DNA of 64,000 bases, taken from the NCBI GenBank assembly GCA_963754925.1, contig CAVWHX010000004.1, positions 352,001 to 416,000 of the forward strand, in the 5' to 3' direction. Every line of letters starts with the position of its first letter. Position 1 is the first letter of the stretch. This DNA comes from an uncultured delta proteobacterium. Its GTDB lineage: Bacteria; Myxococcota; B64-G9. Both the position numbers and the translations under genes were made by a program. The notes under the pieces were generated by a model. The model saw only the letters and a list, made by a program, of their open reading frames with translations, made no database searches and was not told the origin of the DNA. Below, piece by piece: positions 59,516 through 64,000 of the stretch.

Positions 59516-59931
59516 ACGATCGCCCAAAAGTCTCTGCGACCATACGTCTAAAAGTGCCTTTTTATGACGTTGACCCTCTCAACGTAGTTTGGCATGGTCA
59601 CTATCTAAAATATTTTGAAGCGGCCCGCGATGCCCTCTTTGAAAAGTGCGGCGTCGACTTGGTTGCGTACCATCAAAAAACCGGTATTTTGTTCCCTATT
59701 ATTCGTAGTTCCGTCAAACACATCCAGCCGCTGGTCTACAAGCAGGAGTTCCTGTGCACCGCTATCGTGAGGGAGGCCAAAAGAAAGATCGTGCTTGATT
59801 TCGAAATATCATTACCGACTGATGGCGTCGTCTGCGCCAGAGGGTTTACCGAACAAGTAGCCGTGCACACCCCGACCAGGAGGCTTGAACTGCGTATTCC
59901 CGAAGACATCGGACGAGCGCTGGGGAGTTGA
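59512..59931 (+). CDS. Acyl-CoA/ACP thioesterase (4HBT hotdog)
   Basis: VPFYDVDPLNVVWHGHYLKYFEAAR. Confidence 0.9.
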   Translation: MNDRPKVSATIRLKVPFYDVDPLNVVWHGHYLKYFEAARDALFEKCGVDLVAYHQKTGILFPIIRSSVKHIQPLVYKQEFLCTAIVREAKRKIVLDFEISLPTDGVVCARGFTEQVAVHTPTRRLELRIPEDIGRALGS

Positions 59932-61655
59932 GCGTGGCGCAACGGTACCTCAGAGCGCTCGCGACGGGTCTTGAACGGCTTACCGGTTGGGCAGATCTCC
60001 TGGACCGTATCAACGTGTTCCCCGTAGCCGACGGCGATACCGGCCGCAACCTTTTGCTGACACTAACGCCGCTTCGTACGTCGACGCCGTATGGTGAACA
60101 TATCATACAACAGCTCCTGCTTTCGGCTCGCGGTAACTCGGGAAACATCGCAGCGCAATTTTTTTCTCAGTTTCTGCCCGCTCTCCGCAACTCGAGTCTG
60201 CTTGAAGCCGCCCGACGGGGTCGGGACATGGCCTGGAAGGCGGTTTTTGATCCGCAACCCGGAACTATCCTCAGCGTTTTCGATTCGCTGTGCGAGAGCC
60301 TAAAACGGCACGATGCAGCGACGAGCCCCGCATGGACCGCGGCGGTGATAGCGGACCTCGGGCGAACGGTGCATGAAACGCGGAATCTGTTGCCGAAGCT
60401 TCGTCAGGCCGGCGTCGTGGATGCAGGCGCTCTGGGAATGTTTATCTTCTTTGACGGCTTTTTGACGGTCCAATCCCAGGGTCAACACCCATTTGCGCCT
60501 ATTCAAGAATTGTTCTCCGATGAACTTCGCCTCACTCACACCTGGCGCGCCGACGCCGAAGCTGGCGTTTGCATCGACGCGGTTATCAAGCTCAAGAATG
60601 GTCAACTACGCAATCCCCCGCTGGATATTGGGAATGCGGCAATTACCTTCCGGTACCAGGATTATTACAAGGTACATTTTCACACGTTGGATGCGCAGCA
60701 GGCGAAAGAGACTCTCGGCAGTTTGGGCGAGCTGGTCGCGTTATCGATTGACGATCTTCAGACGCAAACAAGGGAGTTTTCAAGCAGAAAATCAAACCAG
60801 AAAATTGGCATCATGACCGACGCCGCAGGCTCGCTGCACCGCGAACTGGCGCGCACCCATGACATCATGCTGTTAAACAGCTACATTGTCATTGGTGAGA
60901 CCATGGCCCCCGAGACCTTTGTGGACGCTCAGAAAATGTATAAGGCCATGAGAGCAGGTGTACGCATTTCTACCTCGCAGGCATCGGTGTTTGAACGCCA
61001 TCAGTACTACGCTATGGCGCTTTCGCAGTATGAACATATTATCTATCTATGCGTCGGCTCGGTATATACCGGCAATTTTCAGGTCGCTACCGATTGGAAA
61101 GCTGATAACGATCACGACAACCGATTCATCGTGGTGGACACCGGCGCGGCCTCAGGCAGGCTCGGACTCATTGCACTTGCATCGGCTCGACAGACGATAC
61201 GCGCCTCTTCAGTCGAATCGCTGTTTGGTTTCTGCAGCCGTGCACAGGAGGTCTGTAAAGAATACATCTTCCTCGACCGACTCCAGTTTCTTGCTCAGGG
61301 AGGACGACTTTCCAAAACAAGCGCCTTTTTCGGGGACTGGTTAAGCATGAAGCCGGTGATTTCCCCCCTACCCCAGGGAGCAGAAAAGATTGCGGTATTG
61401 CACAACGCAGAAGAACAGCTTGCCTTTGCCCTTGAGCGCCTTCGTAAGGAACTTCCGACTAACTCGTCAGCCGACATCATGATCGAGTTTTCGGACAACG
61501 AAAACAGGGTCCGGGAAACCATCTATCCTGAAGTTTCGGCACGCTACCCGGCTGCTCGTATCTATGTTGAACCTTTTTCGCATACCTCCGGCGCACATAT
61601 GGGACCGGGCAGCTGGGGAATCGCCTATCTGCCGGAAATTAATTATCCAGCATGA
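59928..61655 (+). CDS. DAK2-DegV fusion (FakA-FakB fatty-acid kinase-like)
   Basis: INVFPVADGDTGRN, ARGNSG, GTILSV, GVVDAGA; then TDAAGSL, STSQ, VDTG, L.FL..GGR, HMGPG. Confidence 0.88.
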   Translation: MSVAQRYLRALATGLERLTGWADLLDRINVFPVADGDTGRNLLLTLTPLRTSTPYGEHIIQQLLLSARGNSGNIAAQFFSQFLPALRNSSLLEAARRGRDMAWKAVFDPQPGTILSVFDSLCESLKRHDAATSPAWTAAVIADLGRTVHETRNLLPKLRQAGVVDAGALGMFIFFDGFLTVQSQGQHPFAPIQELFSDELRLTHTWRADAEAGVCIDAVIKLKNGQLRNPPLDIGNAAITFRYQDYYKVHFHTLDAQQAKETLGSLGELVALSIDDLQTQTREFSSRKSNQKIGIMTDAAGSLHRELARTHDIMLLNSYIVIGETMAPETFVDAQKMYKAMRAGVRISTSQASVFERHQYYAMALSQYEHIIYLCVGSVYTGNFQVATDWKADNDHDNRFIVVDTGAASGRLGLIALASARQTIRASSVESLFGFCSRAQEVCKEYIFLDRLQFLAQGGRLSKTSAFFGDWLSMKPVISPLPQGAEKIAVLHNAEEQLAFALERLRKELPTNSSADIMIEFSDNENRVRETIYPEVSARYPAARIYVEPFSHTSGAHMGPGSWGIAYLPEINYPA

Positions 61656-62446
61656 GAGAATATTTTCAGCGATTGTTCAAAGGGTTTTATATGGCCATGC
61701 TGTTCGCCATTTTTGGTCTTGGCATTTTCTGTGAGCTCACTCTTTTGACGCCCTTTTTTCTCATTGAAAAGCAACTCATCCACAAGAACCGCTATCGCCT
61801 GCAGTTTATCAATCGGAAATTATTTTCAATTTGGTTTTCACTGCTCGATCTCGGCGGATTGCTGAGAGTGAATACCGCAATAGGTAAACCATTTGAAGGC
61901 GCCTGTGTAGTCGTCGCAAATCACCCGGGCTTATTTGACGTACTTATCCTGATCCGTGATATTCCGGGACTTACCGTAATGGCAAAGCGCTCTCTGCACG
62001 ATAAGCTTTTCCTTGGCCCAGTCTTCGAACTTTCCGGCTACCTCTTTTCTCCCGATAGTAGCACGGTCGCAACGGCGACCGACATGATCCGGAAAGCAAT
62101 CTCGAAATTACACGAAGGATACAAATTCATGCTGTTTCCAGAAGGCACTCGATCGCCAAAGGGTGATTTGCTTTCCTTCAAGCACGGTGCTTTTAAAATT
62201 GCGCAGCTTGCGGGCGTGCCGGTGCAGCCAGTTCTCATCCTTAATGACCCGCCATTCCTGCCCCACGAAGACGCCTGGTATTTCCCTCCGGCAGGTGTTT
62301 CTATGGTACGCTGTGAATATTGGGATCCGCTCCCGCCTCCCCTGCCGGGAGAGGAAATAGCTATGGCGAAGGCTTTGGAAGAACGGTATTGTCGCGCGTT
62401 GAAATCCGCTGTCGCCGGAACTGTGCAAGCACGAACAGGAACGTGA
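61652..62446 (+). CDS. PlsC-family acyltransferase
   Basis: ANHPGLFD, FPEGTRS, FKHGAF. Confidence 0.9.
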   Translation: MREYFQRLFKGFYMAMLFAIFGLGIFCELTLLTPFFLIEKQLIHKNRYRLQFINRKLFSIWFSLLDLGGLLRVNTAIGKPFEGACVVVANHPGLFDVLILIRDIPGLTVMAKRSLHDKLFLGPVFELSGYLFSPDSSTVATATDMIRKAISKLHEGYKFMLFPEGTRSPKGDLLSFKHGAFKIAQLAGVPVQPVLILNDPPFLPHEDAWYFPPAGVSMVRCEYWDPLPPPLPGEEIAMAKALEERYCRALKSAVAGTVQARTGT

Positions 62447-63709
62447 GTGATGCAAAACAGAAGACGTGTTGTGGTTACCGGTATTGGGTTCCGTTCACCG
62501 ATCGGCCATACCTGGGACGAAATCAAAGCTTCGTTGCTTATGGGGCGCAGCGGGATCAAGGTCATCCGCGAATGGGATAAAATCAACCACTTGCGGACAC
62601 GGGTAGCAGGAGTTTGCGAGAATATTGACGAAATGCTTTTGCCCCGCACGGCGCGCCGAACCATGGGAAGGGTCGGCATCCTCGCCACCCTTGCGGTAAG
62701 AGACGCCATTAACGACGCGGGACTTTCCAATGCCGAAATCACCGCGCCCTATTGCGGACTCTCCTTTGGCTCGACGGGGGGCAGTATTGATTCCTTGGAG
62801 ATTTTTTTTAAAGAACTTTTTGAGAATAAAAATCAATATAGCCTCAAGGGTCTTCAAGCTACGACCTATCTCAAATCCATGAGCCATACGTGCGCGGCCA
62901 ACATAGCCACGACCTTTCGGGTGACCGGTCGGGTGATTGCAACCTGCGCGGCTTGCGTTTCCGGCTCGCAAGGGATTGGGTTCGGCCTCGAGGCAATTCA
63001 AGCCGGCAAAGCAGACATCATGATTAGCGGCGGGGCTGAAGAAATGCACTTTATCGTGGCCAGTGTTTTCGATATTATGCGCGCAACATCAAGCAAGTAT
63101 AATGAGACGCCAGAACGTACCCCGCGCCCCTTCGACGTAGATCGTGACGGCCTCGTGACCGCAGAGGGCGGAGCATGCCTCCTGCTGGAGGAGTTCGAAC
63201 GCGCGAAGGCCCGCAACGCAAAGATCTATGCCGAGGTGGTCGGCTTCGGCACAAACTGCGACGGTACCCACATGATAAATCCAAGCAGCACCGGCATGGC
63301 GGGCGCCATGCTTACCGCCCTCAAGGACGCCAACCTTTCTCCCGGCGATATCGAACATGTCAATGCGCATGCTACCGCCACGACCACCGGCGACCTCGCT
63401 GAGGCTCAAGCGACCTTTAGTGTTTTCGGCAGCAACGTGCCGGTGAGCGCCTTTAAAGGTTATATGGGGCATACGATGGGCGCGTGCGGTGCGCTTGAGT
63501 CGATCATCAGCATTATGATGATGCGCGAGCGCTTTATCGCGCCGACCAGAAATCTGCAAATCCCGGATCCTGAGCTGCCACCCCTTAATCACGTCATCGG
63601 CGAACCGAGGGATGCGAGACTTTCCATCGTCATGAATAATAACTTCGCCTTCGGCGGCATCAATACTTCCCTTATTTTCAAAAATCTAACGGAATCTATT
63701 CAGGTCTGA
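62447..63709 (+). CDS. Beta-ketoacyl-ACP synthase (FabB/F-like, APE-type)
   Basis: AACVSG, NAHATAT, GHTMG, NNFAFGG. Confidence 0.92.
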   Translation: MMQNRRRVVVTGIGFRSPIGHTWDEIKASLLMGRSGIKVIREWDKINHLRTRVAGVCENIDEMLLPRTARRTMGRVGILATLAVRDAINDAGLSNAEITAPYCGLSFGSTGGSIDSLEIFFKELFENKNQYSLKGLQATTYLKSMSHTCAANIATTFRVTGRVIATCAACVSGSQGIGFGLEAIQAGKADIMISGGAEEMHFIVASVFDIMRATSSKYNETPERTPRPFDVDRDGLVTAEGGACLLLEEFERAKARNAKIYAEVVGFGTNCDGTHMINPSSTGMAGAMLTALKDANLSPGDIEHVNAHATATTTGDLAEAQATFSVFGSNVPVSAFKGYMGHTMGACGALESIISIMMMRERFIAPTRNLQIPDPELPPLNHVIGEPRDARLSIVMNNNFAFGGINTSLIFKNLTESIQV

Positions 63710-64000
63710 ATACCTGGACTTCAACTTGTCCGACAACGCGGTCTCCGGCGCGGACGACGCCGAGAACGGTCGCATAGTTCCCGCGCATCAAGAGCAGGGT
63801 GCTCATAATCCCAAGGGTAACGCCCCGCGGTATACTCTGCACTTTGAAGGTAGCATTCCGCACGCCCACCAGCCAACCGGCGCCTCCCTGTTGTTGTTCG
63901 TGGCGGCAGCGCCATTTGAGCAGAATCCCCGCGCTTTGGGCGACCAGTTCCACAATAATGACCGACCGCACATTGCCCGCAATCTGTAGCGGCCAGCGTT
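63696..64000 (-). CDS. Hotdog-fold 3-hydroxyacyl-ACP dehydratase-like protein (5' partial)
   Basis: ELVAQSAG...GWLVGVR motif typical of FabA-like/ApeP dehydratases. Confidence 0.7.
   Translation of the reverse strand, partial: RWPLQIAGNVRSVIIVELVAQSAGILLKWRCRHEQQQGGAGWLVGVRNATFKVQSIPRGVTLGIMSTLLLMRGNYATVLGVVRAGDRVVGQVEVQVFRPE

Overview
A gene-dense chromosomal window from a deltaproteobacterium. Myxococcota is likely, given an MglA/SofG-type GTPase, a DifA/DifC-like MCP-CheW pair, a myxobacterial-type large S41 protease and a myxobacterial Pro-rich protein before ftsE. The left edge holds a type II restriction-modification pair whose endonuclease appears cut by an IS3-family element. 1.4-29 kb is mostly housekeeping and signalling: ctpA-queH-hyp-lonC-MFS, fadD, apgM, hsp20, a GTPase-PocR kinase-MCP-CheW module, an S41 protease, an aminotransferase, an AmrB-AmrA fusion, tol-pal, and metH with a structured leader. 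29-41 kb holds a giant repeat lipoprotein (13 beta-sandwich repeats plus 14 propeller blades), an orphan ftsE, and a Rieske/cytochrome b/nonaheme cytochrome c operon. 40.9-64 kb (running off the right edge) is an aryl-polyene/ladderane-like type II PKS-FAS lipid cluster. It includes a B12 radical SAM enzyme, a KS-CLF fusion, a KS, 2 ACPs, an ammonia-lyase, an MMPL-methyltransferase fusion, GT2, a deacetylase, two acyltransferases and an embedded DAK2-DegV (fatty-acid kinase-like) fusion. Three accessory inserts interrupt this cluster: an ankyrin lipoprotein, hicBA with a TM-HEPN gene, and a GGDEF gene flanked by a ~95-bp direct repeat. At least seven genes carry single apparent frameshifts, most simply explained as long-read consensus errors. 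I found no rRNA, tRNA or CRISPR array. All family assignments come from motif recognition, not database searches.
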